From the NCBI GenBank assembly GCA_964013405.1, contig CAXGWI010000005.1, forward strand, positions 1-64,000: DNA of 64,000 bases, read 5' to 3'. How positions within the stretch are numbered: position 1 is the first letter of the stretch; each line of letters opens with the position of its first letter. This document shows positions 25,229-35,346 of this stretch, one piece after another. Both the position numbers and the translations under genes were made by a program. The DNA is from an uncultured Myxococcales bacterium. GTDB lineage: Bacteria; Myxococcota; UBA4151. The notes below the pieces were generated by a model. That model was given only the letters and a program-made list of their open reading frames with translations. It was not told the origin of the DNA and did not search any database.

Positions 25229-28200
25229 CTAGTCGACGACGAGTCCGAGGGTGTAGTTGTAGTCGCCCACCGACCCTTGGCTCACCAGCGCATCGGCTTG
25301 AGGCGCAAGGCCGGTCTCGATCTCGTTGGCGAGGGTCTCTCCCGCAATCGATGCTGCGAACTGTTTGGCTGCTCTCAACAAAGGTTCGTCCCCCTGCAGG
25401 GTCAAGCGAATGCGGGCCACATAGTCGAGGTTTTGGTCTTTGCGCAGCGTCTGAATTCGGTTGATCAACTCCCGGGCATAGCCCTCGGTGATCAGGTCGT
25501 CGGTGAGCTCGGTGTCGAGGAGAACGGTGCCGACCGGACCGCCGGCCACGGCGAAGTTGCCTTCTGCCGTCACACTGACCGTGACGTGTTCCTGGGTCAG
25601 CCCAAAGCGCTCCCCATCATCGAGGGTGATCTCGTAGGCGCCGTCGCTGGCAAGCTGGGCCCGCACCTGGCCTGCATCGGCTGCGTCTAGGGCTTTGCGT
25701 ACCAGCGGCATCCGCTTGCCAAAGATCGGTCCGAGGGCCCGGTAGTTGGGCTTCACCTCAAATTGGACTCGGTCTCCTGCGTCCTGGCTAAAGCGCAGCT
25801 CCTTCACGTTGACCTCATTGAGGATGAGCCCCTCGTAGGGCTGCATCCGGGCGGCCAAACCGGTGGAGGCGGGAATGACTTCAGCGAGGGCGAGGGGCTG
25901 GCGAATCTTGAGCTTATGGTGGGTTCGGGTGCTGAGGGCGAGACTGCAGATCTCCCGGACAGCGGCCATGTCTTCGCTTAAGGGGCGGTCGATGAGCTCG
26001 GTCTGCACTTCGGGCCAATCGCAAAGGTGGACGCTCTGCTCGGCCCCATCGATCTGCCCGACCATCAGGTTCTGGTGCAGCTCTTCGGCCAGAAAAGGCA
26101 CGAAGGGCGCAATGAGCCGACTCATGGTCACCAGGACCTCGTGAAGGCTGTGGTAAGCGTCCCACTTGTCCTGGTTCTTCTCACCACTCCAGAAGCGCTC
26201 CCGGCTGCGCCGCAACCACCAATTGCTCAAGGCATCGGTGAGGTGGATGATCGCTGCCGCCGCCTCGTGAATGGCGTAGGCGTCCATCTTCGCCGTCACC
26301 GTCTCCACGGTGAGTTGAAGTTCGGAGAGAATCCAGCGGTCGAGAAGGCAGCGCTCGGTGCCCGGGCGCTGAGGCGAGGTGGCGGGCTCGAAGCCGTCGA
26401 TGTTGCCGTAGATGACGAAGAAGGCGTAGACGTTGTGGAGTTTTAGCAAGAACTCCTGCTGGGACTGACGGACCGCCTCTGGGCTGTAGCGGGTGTTGTT
26501 CCAGGGCGCGTTCGCCGCATAAAAGTACCAGCGCATCGCATCGGCACCGCTGCTGTCGAGGATGGCATCCGGAGGCGTGTAGTTGCCCTTCGATTTGGAT
26601 TCCTTCTTCCCCTTCTTGTCGCAGACATGACCCAGGACGATGCAGTTCTTGTAAGGGTGCGCACCCTCCTTGTCTTCGAACAACAAGGTGCTCACCATCA
26701 ACAAGGAGTAGAACCAGCCTCGGGTTTGGTCGATGGCTTCCGAGATGAAATCGGCGGGCCAGTTTTGCTCGAAAGCCTCGGTCCCTTGGTGGGGGTAGCC
26801 CCATTGGGCGAAGGGCATGCAGCCGGAATCAAACCAGCAATCGATGACCTCAGGCACCCGATGCATGGTGCCACCACAGGATTCGCAGGGGACCTCCACC
26901 TCGTCGATCCATGGTTTGTGGACGATGAGGTGCTCGCTTAGACTCGGATCTTCTTTCTGAGCCGCTTCGAAATGAGCAAAGGCCTTGGGGTTGAGGGCAC
27001 GGATTTCATCACAGCTGGAAAAGGCGCTGCGATCTTCACAAGTGGAGCATTCCCAGATGGGGAGTGGGGTGCCCCAGAAGCGCTCTCGGCTCAAAGCCCA
27101 GTCGACATTGTTGTCTAGGAAGTCGCCAAAGCGACCGTCTTTGATGTGGCCGGGAACCCAGTTGATGGCTTGATTGCTGGCCTTGGCCCGCTCGATCACC
27201 TCGGTGGTGCGGATGAACCAGGCCGGGCGGGCGTATTGGATGAGGGGGTCGTCGTCGGCCCGCCAGCAAAAGGGGTAGTCGTGCCGATAGGTTTTCTCTT
27301 CAAACAACAGACCACGGTGTTGCAGAGCCCGGATGATGGTCCGGTCCGCATCCTTGCAAAACAGCCCTTCCAGCTCACCCGTACCTGGCAAAAACTTACC
27401 GTCGGGGCCGATGAGCTGGAGGAGGCCCACGCCGTGTTTCATCGCCGCCCGGTTGTCATCTTCACCAAAGGCGGGGGCGGTGTGGACGATGCCCGTACCG
27501 GCGCTGGTGGTGACGAAGTCCGCATCGATGACCAAGTGATGATCACCGCCTTCGGGAACAGCGAAGTCGAAGAGGGGCTGGTAGCGTTGACCCAGCAGCT
27601 CCTCGCCGGACACGGTTTTGAGCACTTCGTAGCTGTCTTGACCCAGGACTTTATCCAGGAGGTCCTCGGCGAGAATCAGGACCTCGTCGTCCCGGCGAGC
27701 ATAGGCGTAGCGGAGGTTTTTGCGCACGGTGAGGGCGCAGTTGCTGGGCAGCGTCCAGGGGGTGGTCGTCCAGGCGAGGAAGAAGGTCTTGTCCTCCCCT
27801 TCGAGGGGAAAACGAACGGTGATGCTGGGGTCGTCTATGGGCCGGTAGCCCAGGCCAACTTCGGCGCTCGAGAGGGCGGTGCCACCTTGGGGCCACCACC
27901 AAACCACCTTTTTGCCCTGATAGAGCAGACCCCGGTCGAAGAGGGTCTTTAGGGCCCACCACACGCTCTCCACATAGGATTTGTGGTAGGTCACGTAGGC
28001 TTCTTCGAGGTTGACCCAAAAACCGATGCGCTCGGTGAGCTCCTGCCAGACGTCGGTGTAGGTAAAGACCGAGTCGATACAGCGGCGGGTGAAGGCCTCC
28101 AGACCGTAGTCAAGGATGGCTTCTTTGCCGTGAATTCCGAGGGATTTTTCCACCTCCACCTCGACGGGTAATCCGTGGGTGTCCCAGCCGGCTTTGCGGT

Positions 28201-28438
28201 TCACAAGATAGCCCCGCATGGTTTTGTAACGGGGCAGGAGGTCTTTGATGACCCGGGTGAGGACGTGCCCGTTGTGCGGGGTGCCATTGGCCGTCGGTGG
28301 GCCTTCGAAGAAGATATAGGGCTTGGCCCCTTGCCGGGCCGTTAGGCTCTTTTCGAAGATGCCGGCTTCTTTCCAGAATTTCAGGATCCGAGCTTCGAGT
28401 CCTGGGAAATCCTTCGTCTGCTCCACGGCCTTGAACAT
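25229..28438 (-). CDS. ileS: Isoleucine--tRNA ligase (type 2)
   Basis: EGPPTANGTPHNGH, GWDTHGLP, WTTTPWTLP, SRERFWGTP, DQTRGWF, and a type-2 C-terminus (EGYARELINRIQ..RK). ATG at 28438 has a GAGGAG RBS. Confidence 0.97.
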   Translation of the reverse strand: MFKAVEQTKDFPGLEARILKFWKEAGIFEKSLTARQGAKPYIFFEGPPTANGTPHNGHVLTRVIKDLLPRYKTMRGYLVNRKAGWDTHGLPVEVEVEKSLGIHGKEAILDYGLEAFTRRCIDSVFTYTDVWQELTERIGFWVNLEEAYVTYHKSYVESVWWALKTLFDRGLLYQGKKVVWWWPQGGTALSSAEVGLGYRPIDDPSITVRFPLEGEDKTFFLAWTTTPWTLPSNCALTVRKNLRYAYARRDDEVLILAEDLLDKVLGQDSYEVLKTVSGEELLGQRYQPLFDFAVPEGGDHHLVIDADFVTTSAGTGIVHTAPAFGEDDNRAAMKHGVGLLQLIGPDGKFLPGTGELEGLFCKDADRTIIRALQHRGLLFEEKTYRHDYPFCWRADDDPLIQYARPAWFIRTTEVIERAKASNQAINWVPGHIKDGRFGDFLDNNVDWALSRERFWGTPLPIWECSTCEDRSAFSSCDEIRALNPKAFAHFEAAQKEDPSLSEHLIVHKPWIDEVEVPCESCGGTMHRVPEVIDCWFDSGCMPFAQWGYPHQGTEAFEQNWPADFISEAIDQTRGWFYSLLMVSTLLFEDKEGAHPYKNCIVLGHVCDKKGKKESKSKGNYTPPDAILDSSGADAMRWYFYAANAPWNNTRYSPEAVRQSQQEFLLKLHNVYAFFVIYGNIDGFEPATSPQRPGTERCLLDRWILSELQLTVETVTAKMDAYAIHEAAAAIIHLTDALSNWWLRRSRERFWSGEKNQDKWDAYHSLHEVLVTMSRLIAPFVPFLAEELHQNLMVGQIDGAEQSVHLCDWPEVQTELIDRPLSEDMAAVREICSLALSTRTHHKLKIRQPLALAEVIPASTGLAARMQPYEGLILNEVNVKELRFSQDAGDRVQFEVKPNYRALGPIFGKRMPLVRKALDAADAGQVRAQLASDGAYEITLDDGERFGLTQEHVTVSVTAEGNFAVAGGPVGTVLLDTELTDDLITEGYARELINRIQTLRKDQNLDYVARIRLTLQGDEPLLRAAKQFAASIAGETLANEIETGLAPQADALVSQGSVGDYNYTLGLVVD

Positions 28439-28566
28439 GGCGACTCGCTCCTCGGGGCCCGCTTTCTTTGCGCTGGCCAAAAGAAAGAATCAACGGCTGT
28501 TCCCAGTGAATGCCAGGGCCTTCTCCCGGTCTAAGATTCTCGATACAAGGATCTTAGGAGCACGGA

Positions 28567-29094
28567 ATGACCCATGTGATCGGCCTCTTTGTCTTACTCG
28601 CTGGCCCCAGCAGTGTGCCTGCAAAGGGCTCCGCACCTTCGAAGGCCCCGGCGGTCAAGTTGCCGGCCGTCCCCAAGGTCAATGTTCCAAAGTTGCCCAG
28701 CCCAGGCCTGGCGAAACCGGCGAAGCCCTTAGCCACCAAGGGCAAGTTGAAGCCGATGCGCCCCCGGGCCTTCTACAAACTGCGTCGCCGCCTTCGCCAG
28801 GCTCAGGGCGCCCAGGCTCGCCTGCGAGTCCTCAAGCGTGGGCTGAAGAAATGGCATGTGGATCTCAACCAAAGCGAGTTGCTCATCAAAGGCTTCAAGG
28901 GGGAGCAGGTTCGCATCGCTGCCTTTAAGGTGATCCGGCCGAAAATGGTGTCGAAGCGGCAGGGGATGGTTGGTTGGTGGGCCGTCGACGGCGCCAACTT
29001 TCGACCGGCCCAAGTTCGCCGGTTTCAAGGGCTGTTTCACAGTAAGAACGGCAAGAGTATCGTCGATTTCGGCGGCAGTCAGCTCAAGCCCTAA
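28567..29094 (+). CDS. Hypothetical basic secreted protein
   Basis: Hydrophobic N-terminus, Pro/Lys-rich linker, fills the gap between neighbouring genes. Confidence 0.65.
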   Translation: MTHVIGLFVLLAGPSSVPAKGSAPSKAPAVKLPAVPKVNVPKLPSPGLAKPAKPLATKGKLKPMRPRAFYKLRRRLRQAQGAQARLRVLKRGLKKWHVDLNQSELLIKGFKGEQVRIAAFKVIRPKMVSKRQGMVGWWAVDGANFRPAQVRRFQGLFHSKNGKSIVDFGGSQLKP

Positions 29095-29923
29095 GGTAAC
29101 CTAGATCTTCTCGGCGCGTCGTGAAGACCAGGTGTAGGCAGGTCCAAACGTAAAAGGCATTTTGACCAAACCAACCGTCCAGGACGGGGGCGTAGCCGGC
29201 CCGCCACAAGAAGAAGCTGATGAGCATGATGCCATTGACCGTCAGCACATCCCGTACATAGGGCCCCATACGCTCCGGTTTGCCGGCGAAGCGCAAACCG
29301 TAGAACAGATACCAGTTGAGGTAGTGATACAGAATGATCGCACCCCAAAGGGTATCTGCGGGGATGCGCCGCCCGGCCAGATAGAAACCTGCGAGGATCA
29401 GCCAGGCGCCAGCAAAGTAGGCTGAGATCCCGTCGCTTCTCCATTGTCGCAGCGGTGCCAGCGCCAGTCGGGCAAGCCAAAGGGCGAGACTTAAAGCAAA
29501 GGCAAAGCCCAGACCTTCAAAAGCGTAGAGGTGTTCCAGTTCGTAGGCTGCGAGCATCAGCAGCGCAGGAAGGATCTCGAGGAGGCCTTGGAGCGTGGCC
29601 CGGCCGCCCATCAGATGCCGCTCATCACTGAGCATATGCCAGGCAAAATAGATGCTCGTGACCGCAGCCAGGAGCAGGGCGTCCTGGGTCAACCAGTAGC
29701 CGCCAGCAAAGACGAGGACCGCGAGACCGTAGCTGAGGAGGAGGGTGCGGCTGACCTTTTTTGCCTTGAAGCGATAGAGGTAGGCGATCACGAAATGGCC
29801 CTGGCCCACCACGATGAACAACAGGACCATGTCTTTTGGCGCAAGCAGCAGGGCACAGGCGACGGTGATCAGACCGCTGATCAACTTCTCGCTACTGCGG
29901 GGGTATTGGAGCAGCCAGGTCAT
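29084..29923 (-). CDS. Polytopic membrane protein with His motifs
   Basis: About 8 hydrophobic segments, GQGHF, WHMLSDE, YHYLNW, LHL. ATGA coupling to the acyltransferase. Confidence 0.78.
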   Translation of the reverse strand: MTWLLQYPRSSEKLISGLITVACALLLAPKDMVLLFIVVGQGHFVIAYLYRFKAKKVSRTLLLSYGLAVLVFAGGYWLTQDALLLAAVTSIYFAWHMLSDERHLMGGRATLQGLLEILPALLMLAAYELEHLYAFEGLGFAFALSLALWLARLALAPLRQWRSDGISAYFAGAWLILAGFYLAGRRIPADTLWGAIILYHYLNWYLFYGLRFAGKPERMGPYVRDVLTVNGIMLISFFLWRAGYAPVLDGWFGQNAFYVWTCLHLVFTTRREDLGYLRA

Positions 29924-31113
29924 CGGGGCTTTCTCCCTCGCTGCAAAATTGGGCGCTCAAGCCCGTACCAACTGGCCGCGCCGAGACCGATGGCGGCGAT
30001 AAACATCGCGGGGACCTGAACCCAAGGACTGCTGATGCCTTGTTCAAAGAGGAGGACGCTGACCACCATGAAACCGAGCATGTGCAACAGGTAGAGACCG
30101 TAGCTGATCCGTCCCAGCCAGACAGGGATGGGGTGACTCAGGAAGCTGTGGAGCCCTCTGGGTAGACCGGTGAGGGCGAGGCCAAGCCAGCCGCCAAAAC
30201 CCAAGGCCAGAAGGCTGAAGCCGCCCACAGCGAGCCCCGGTCGGTTGATGCCGAGAAGGGGAGCGACGGGGTCCTGCCAGGCCAGCAGGCCCAAGCCGAT
30301 GAAGGCCAGCGGGCTCAGGTAGCAGCTGAGCTGGCGGAGGCGGGCCGGCGAGCACCGCTCCGGGTGCCGTTGGGCCCAGGCGACAAAAGCGCCGGCCGCA
30401 AAGTCATCCAAGCGAAAGGGCGTGACGTGATAGATCAAGCCTTCGATGGGCATCTGCTGCAGCGCCAACAGTTTCAGCGCCGGTAGGCCCAGGACCAAGC
30501 CGGCGAAGACCTTACCTAGATGGCGGCGGGGGAGACGCAAGATGACGAGGGGCCACAGGAGGTAGAAGTGGGCTTCCACACCCAAGGACCAGCTGGGGGT
30601 CAGGATCCAACTCCAAAAGGGCTGGTCAGTGAAGTTGTGACTCAAGGTGGCGAATCGCCAAAGAGCCAGGCCTTCTGGGTCGTGCTGCAGCGGACCGGGC
30701 AAGTGCGGACCGAGCCCAAAGGCGATGAGTAAGGTCACAAAATACAGGGGGAGAATTCGCAGGGCTCGCCGGCGATAAAAGGTCCGGAGACTGGCCCCTT
30801 GCGGGAGTTCGAGGAGAATTCGACTGATCAGATAGCCGGAAAGAACAAAGAAAAGGTCCACACCGGCCCAGCCGACTTCCCAAAAACTTCTGGGGCTCTT
30901 CTCGGTGATGGCCGTCAGAAAAGACTGAGGATCACCATTGGCCCACAACACCCATTGGGCGTGCAGCACCATGACCATCAGGATGGCCAAGGCCCTAAGG
31001 CCGTCCAACTGGGGAAGATATCCGCCGCGCCAAGCGCCGGGCTGAGGCTGTTGGTTCACGGCACCAGCCTGCGTCAGCTTGAGGGCTCGATCAAGGTAGC
31101 GGCTTTGTGGCAT
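29920..31113 (-). CDS. Acyltransferase family 3 (OafA/OatA-like O-acyltransferase)
   Basis: LDGLRALAI...H, GVDLFFVLSGYLI, FYRRRALRILPLY, WSLGVE.HFY, LGRISYGLYLLH. Start at 31113 or 31059. Confidence 0.93.
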   Translation of the reverse strand: MPQSRYLDRALKLTQAGAVNQQPQPGAWRGGYLPQLDGLRALAILMVMVLHAQWVLWANGDPQSFLTAITEKSPRSFWEVGWAGVDLFFVLSGYLISRILLELPQGASLRTFYRRRALRILPLYFVTLLIAFGLGPHLPGPLQHDPEGLALWRFATLSHNFTDQPFWSWILTPSWSLGVEAHFYLLWPLVILRLPRRHLGKVFAGLVLGLPALKLLALQQMPIEGLIYHVTPFRLDDFAAGAFVAWAQRHPERCSPARLRQLSCYLSPLAFIGLGLLAWQDPVAPLLGINRPGLAVGGFSLLALGFGGWLGLALTGLPRGLHSFLSHPIPVWLGRISYGLYLLHMLGFMVVSVLLFEQGISSPWVQVPAMFIAAIGLGAASWYGLERPILQRGRKPR

Positions 31114-31138
31114 GGTCGCCGGGCCGAAGGAGTTTGGT

Positions 31139-32017
31139 ATGCGCGCTGTCTCAATGCTTGCTGTGGGGGTCCTGTTCTGTGCTTGTCCGAGCGAGACGCC
31201 GGATGGGGATGCGGGGGTCGCGCTCGATACGGGCCCAGGGGGCGGCGGTGCCATGGATGGGGGTGTTGATCCGGCCGACACGGGTGTTGCTCCCGACGGG
31301 GACGCCGGTGGTGGCGATGCCGTTGATGGGGGGGGTGATCCGGTCGATGGCGGCCTTGTTGAGGACGCCGGTGCTGTCGTTGTCGACGCGGGGCCCGTTG
31401 AGGGCACCCAAATGAGCGGCACCGTCCGCGACTTTCAGTCTCAGGTCGGCGTGCCCGGGGTTCGAGTTTGTGTCTACGAGCAGCCGGAGTTTCCCTGCAC
31501 GACCAGCGACCAGGACGGCGCCTATAGTCTCATCGTTCCCCCAGGCGAGTTGGTGATGATCTTCGACCAAGGCGAGAATCCTGTGATTCCGCAACTCATG
31601 CCGCTTATCATCGGTGAAGCGCCTTTCGGCTGGAACCAGATCGTGATCAATCAGCAGGCCAGCGGCATGATGTTCCAGCTTTGGGGCCAAGAAAACGACC
31701 CGACAAAGGGAAGCGTGGCGGTGACCAGTTTTGTGGCGCCGCGGGAGTCCGATGGCCTGCAGGGCGCGGTGGCTGCGATCGATCCGGTGCGTGGCGCTGG
31801 GCCCTTCTATACCGCCAATGGATTTCCCAGCGCCGGCGCTTCGGTGACCGACACTAATGGCCTTGCGGCTTTCCTGAACGTGGATCCGGGCGAAGGTTTC
31901 ACAGCCACCGTCACCAAGGAGGGCTGGACCTGTGAGGTGCCGAGCGACCGAGAGCCCAACAGCTTCCCGGTGGTAGCCGGTCACCTCACCAGCGTCACTC
32001 GCCGGTGCACCGAATAG
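31139..32017 (+). CDS. Lipoprotein with carboxypeptidase-regulatory-like (transthyretin-like) domains
   Basis: AAGGAG RBS, lipobox FCAC, DAG/DGG linker, GTVRDF...GVRVC..TSDQDGAY. Confidence 0.8.
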   Translation: MRAVSMLAVGVLFCACPSETPDGDAGVALDTGPGGGGAMDGGVDPADTGVAPDGDAGGGDAVDGGGDPVDGGLVEDAGAVVVDAGPVEGTQMSGTVRDFQSQVGVPGVRVCVYEQPEFPCTTSDQDGAYSLIVPPGELVMIFDQGENPVIPQLMPLIIGEAPFGWNQIVINQQASGMMFQLWGQENDPTKGSVAVTSFVAPRESDGLQGAVAAIDPVRGAGPFYTANGFPSAGASVTDTNGLAAFLNVDPGEGFTATVTKEGWTCEVPSDREPNSFPVVAGHLTSVTRRCTE

Positions 32018-32022
32018 CCGAC

Positions 32023-33546
32023 CTAATCGCGGTCTCGGTCTTTGAGTTTGGCGTGCAGGGCCTGGCGACTGATCCCAAGGCAGCGGGCCGCTTCTGATTT
32101 TTTGCCGCGGCAGTGTTTCAGGGTTGCGTCGACGATGCGCTGTTCGAAGGCGCGCATTTGATCCTTCAGGCTGACGCTGCCATCGGCGATGATGTCCAGG
32201 CTGCGGGGGGCGACTTCCTGTCGAAGTTCGGGTGAGCAGCGATTGAGCTCGATGGCCTCACCGGGCGGCGTAAGGGCCACGAGTCGCTCTGCCTCTCGGC
32301 GCAGCTGCCGCACATTACCCGGCCAGTGATAGGCCTCAAAGCGTTCCACCACTTCTGGGGCGATCCCCCGGATCGGCTTTTGCCACGCTTCGCTGGTCTG
32401 CGCGACAAAGCGTTCCAGCATCAAGGGAATGTCCAGCAGTCGCTCCCGCAGGGGGGGGACGGTGACTTGGACCGAGAAGAGTCGATAGTAGAGGTCTTCC
32501 CGAAAGCTACCGTCGGCCACCTTGGCTTCTAGATCTTGATTGGTCGCTGACAACAAGCGGAAGTGGTAGTGGACCAGCCGCTGACCACCCACTCGGCGCC
32601 CTTCTTTTTGCTCCAATGCGCGCAGGAGCTTTGCCTGCAGGGCCAAAGGCATTTCACCCACTTCATCGAGAAAGAGCGTGCCGCTCGCGGCCATCTCCAA
32701 AAATCCGGGTTTGCTTTTCTCTGCCCCCGTAAAAGCCCCCCGTTCATGGCCAAAGAACTCACTCTCGATGAGGTTTTCTGGGATGGCCGCGCAATTGACG
32801 GCCACGAAGGGGCGCCCTGGGTCGCCGGAGAGTTGGTGTAGTCGCCGGGCCACCAGCTCCTTGCCCGTGCCATTCTCGCCGGTGATCAAGACGGCCGCAG
32901 GGGTTGGTCCGAGGGCTTCGATCTCATCGAGGATCTGAATCATCTGTGGGTCACTGGCGATAAAGGAGCGGCTGCGATCGGGTAGGGACGCGAGCTCTCG
33001 ACTCAGTTCGGCGCCGAGCGCGACCAGGCGATCCTGGGCCCAGACGGACTCGATGGCGTGGGAAAGGCCGTCGGCTAGCCCTTCGAGGCGCTCTTGGTCC
33101 TGATCGCTAAAGCCGCCCTCCTTGTTGAGCACTTCGATAACCCCCACGACCTCAGAGCCCATGGCTCGGCTGCGGACGGGTACACAGAGGATGTTTTGGA
33201 GTTGGAAGCCGGTGGCCTTCTCAGCCTGCTGATGGGAGGGGGCTGCGGGGTTGGGCTCATTGTCGATCACTGCTTCGCCGCTGGTCGCCACTCGGCCGGC
33301 GATGCTTTTGGGGTCGCTGACCTCGATCTCTCCTTCGGAGATCCCCGTGCCATACTTGGCGCCCAAGGTGTCGTCTTCGGGGTCGGCTAGGAAGATGGAG
33401 CAACGCTCACAGTGAAAGAGCTTGGGGAGCAGCTCCACGAAGACTCGAATCAGTCGATCATGGGTTTCCTCCCGACCGAGATCGGCGAGAGATTGCACCC
33501 GGTGCTGGACGTGTTGGAGCCGTTCGCCAAAACCAAGAGTGTCCAT
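32023..33546 (-). CDS. GAF-domain sigma-54-dependent transcriptional activator
   Basis: GAF (ILCVPV, GVIEVLNK), GENGTGKE, GAFTGA, WPGNVRQL, HTH. Confidence 0.95.
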   Translation of the reverse strand: MDTLGFGERLQHVQHRVQSLADLGREETHDRLIRVFVELLPKLFHCERCSIFLADPEDDTLGAKYGTGISEGEIEVSDPKSIAGRVATSGEAVIDNEPNPAAPSHQQAEKATGFQLQNILCVPVRSRAMGSEVVGVIEVLNKEGGFSDQDQERLEGLADGLSHAIESVWAQDRLVALGAELSRELASLPDRSRSFIASDPQMIQILDEIEALGPTPAAVLITGENGTGKELVARRLHQLSGDPGRPFVAVNCAAIPENLIESEFFGHERGAFTGAEKSKPGFLEMAASGTLFLDEVGEMPLALQAKLLRALEQKEGRRVGGQRLVHYHFRLLSATNQDLEAKVADGSFREDLYYRLFSVQVTVPPLRERLLDIPLMLERFVAQTSEAWQKPIRGIAPEVVERFEAYHWPGNVRQLRREAERLVALTPPGEAIELNRCSPELRQEVAPRSLDIIADGSVSLKDQMRAFEQRIVDATLKHCRGKKSEAARCLGISRQALHAKLKDRDRD

Positions 33547-33666
33547 GCTTCTTTCCTTTTGACCTGATTCCTTGACTGGTGCTTACCATTTTTAACAACG
33601 ACAAGTTAACTTGTCCTTCTTGACCCCCGAGGCAGGGCTTCCTAGTTCAGGGAGAGGAGAGACGAG

Positions 33667-34662
33667 ATGGCAGTTCGAGCGAAGGTGTTGGGCACTGGGA
33701 GTTATCTGCCGCCTAAGGTGGTCACGAATGACGACCTCGCACAGATCATGGATACCTCTGACGAGTGGATCCAACAGCGCTCCGGGATCAAGGCCCGCCG
33801 TTTCGTCGATGAAGGGGTTGTGACGAGTGATTTAGCTTTCGAAGCCTCAAAGGCCGCCCTCGCTTCGGCCGGGCTCGAAGCCAGCGATCTGGACATGATC
33901 ATCGTCGCGACCTTTACGCCGGATCACTTCTTTCCCGGTCTCTCCAGCTTCCTGCAGCGCAAACTCGGGCTCGATGCCACCCCCGCGATGGACCTGCGTT
34001 GCCAATGTACCGGCTTCGTTTATGCCCTGCAGACAGCGCGGGCCTTCGTGGAGTCTGGTATTTATCAACGGGTTCTTGTTTGTGGCGCTGAACTTCATTC
34101 CCGAGGCTTGGAGTTCACGGACCGGGGGCGGGATACGGCCGTTTTGTTTGGTGATGGGGCGGGAGCGCTCATTCTCGGGCCGAGCGAGGCCGGTGACGGG
34201 ATTCTCAATTGTCGTGTGTATGCCCAAGGTGAGCACGCTGAACGGCTCTGGATGGATGCGCCGGGACTGGCCTATCAGGGGCTGACCAACGCCCAGATGA
34301 TTGCCGAGGGTCGGCAGGTGCCCTCGATGGACGGTCGTTTCGTCTTTAAGAATGCCGTGGCTCGCATGCCGGAAGTACTTCTGGAGACGCTAGGGGAATG
34401 CAGCCTAGGTCTTGATGACGTGGACCACTTCCTCTTTCATCAAGCGAATCTACGCATCAATGAGATGGTTGCCCGCAAGTTAGGCGCCGATCCCAGCAAA
34501 GTGCACAACAACATCCAAGTGACCGGGAACACCAGTGCGGCCACTCTGCCGATCCTCTTCGACCAGATCATCCGGGAGGGTTTGGTTGCGCGGGGTCAAT
34601 TGGTGACCATGACGGGATTCGGCAGCGGGTTTACTTGGGGCAGCTGCGTCATGCGCTACTAG
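33667..34662 (+). CDS. fabH: 3-oxoacyl-ACP synthase III
   Basis: DTSDEWI, QCTGF, FGDGAGA, HQAN, GNTS, FGSGFTW. Confidence 0.95.
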   Translation: MAVRAKVLGTGSYLPPKVVTNDDLAQIMDTSDEWIQQRSGIKARRFVDEGVVTSDLAFEASKAALASAGLEASDLDMIIVATFTPDHFFPGLSSFLQRKLGLDATPAMDLRCQCTGFVYALQTARAFVESGIYQRVLVCGAELHSRGLEFTDRGRDTAVLFGDGAGALILGPSEAGDGILNCRVYAQGEHAERLWMDAPGLAYQGLTNAQMIAEGRQVPSMDGRFVFKNAVARMPEVLLETLGECSLGLDDVDHFLFHQANLRINEMVARKLGADPSKVHNNIQVTGNTSAATLPILFDQIIREGLVARGQLVTMTGFGSGFTWGSCVMRY

Positions 34663-34970
34663 GCGCCGAGACCGACCAGGCGCAGGACAGCCCAGACGAG
34701 CCAAGACGCGAGCAGTGCCGGCTCAACCGCAGACCACAGCATGCGAGCTTGTGGGCCCGCCACCAAGCGACGGTGGTTTTGGGGAATCAAGCTCAAGAGG
34801 ACGCAGGCCGTTAGGATGGCGAAGAGGAAGGGGCCAAAGAGGTGTGCGTCGAAGGCCTGGCTCCATTGAAGATGACCCATATGAACGAAGGCTCGGGTGA
34901 GGCCGCACCCAGGGCAGTTCAGGTCGGTCCAGCGACGAAAGATACAGATGATGGGGCCGCTGTGGACCAC
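34659..34970 (-). CDS. DUF2752-family membrane protein (true start probably further upstream)
   Basis: C.FR..T.L.CPGCGLTRAF motif. Frame stays open to about 35123. Confidence 0.78.
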   Translation of the reverse strand: MVHSGPIICIFRRWTDLNCPGCGLTRAFVHMGHLQWSQAFDAHLFGPFLFAILTACVLLSLIPQNHRRLVAGPQARMLWSAVEPALLASWLVWAVLRLVGLGA

Positions 34971-35118
34971 CGTTGTTGGGACGAGGGCCGATACCAGGAG
35001 GATGAGGGCGCTGACGGTCCGGCCGGTCCGGCTGAAGAGACCGTCGACCCATAGTGCTGGGCTCTGTTCTCGGGGGGCAGGGGGGGCGTCATGGGTCGTC
35101 GTCGATTCGATGGCCGCC

Positions 35119-35346
35119 TCACTTCACCAAAGGGCGACCCAGAACATCGGGCAGCTGATTGGTCGCGATCAGGACGATGTCGTAGAGGGCCCAAAGTCCA
35201 CAGCCACCGAAGGTCAGGAGCTTCAAGGTACCCAAGAGACGGTAGCCGAGATAAAAGCGATCCAGACCGAGAAAGCCGGTCAGGACCGCGAGGATCAGGG
35301 CCAGGATCCAGTGACATGGCTCCATCGGTTCGGCGTCTTCGCCCAC
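35119..35346 (-). CDS. TM2-domain protein
   Basis: ALIL...GFLGLDRFYLG....G.LKLLTFGGCGLW.LYD. Confidence 0.92.
   Translation of the reverse strand: MGEDAEPMEPCHWILALILAVLTGFLGLDRFYLGYRLLGTLKLLTFGGCGLWALYDIVLIATNQLPDVLGRPLVK

Noticed and set aside
31114..31422. Pro/Ser-rich N-terminal extension of the 500-aa acyltransferase ORF
   Set aside because: It is the antisense shadow of the DAG/DGG linker of the plus-strand lipoprotein, which has its own RBS and lipobox.
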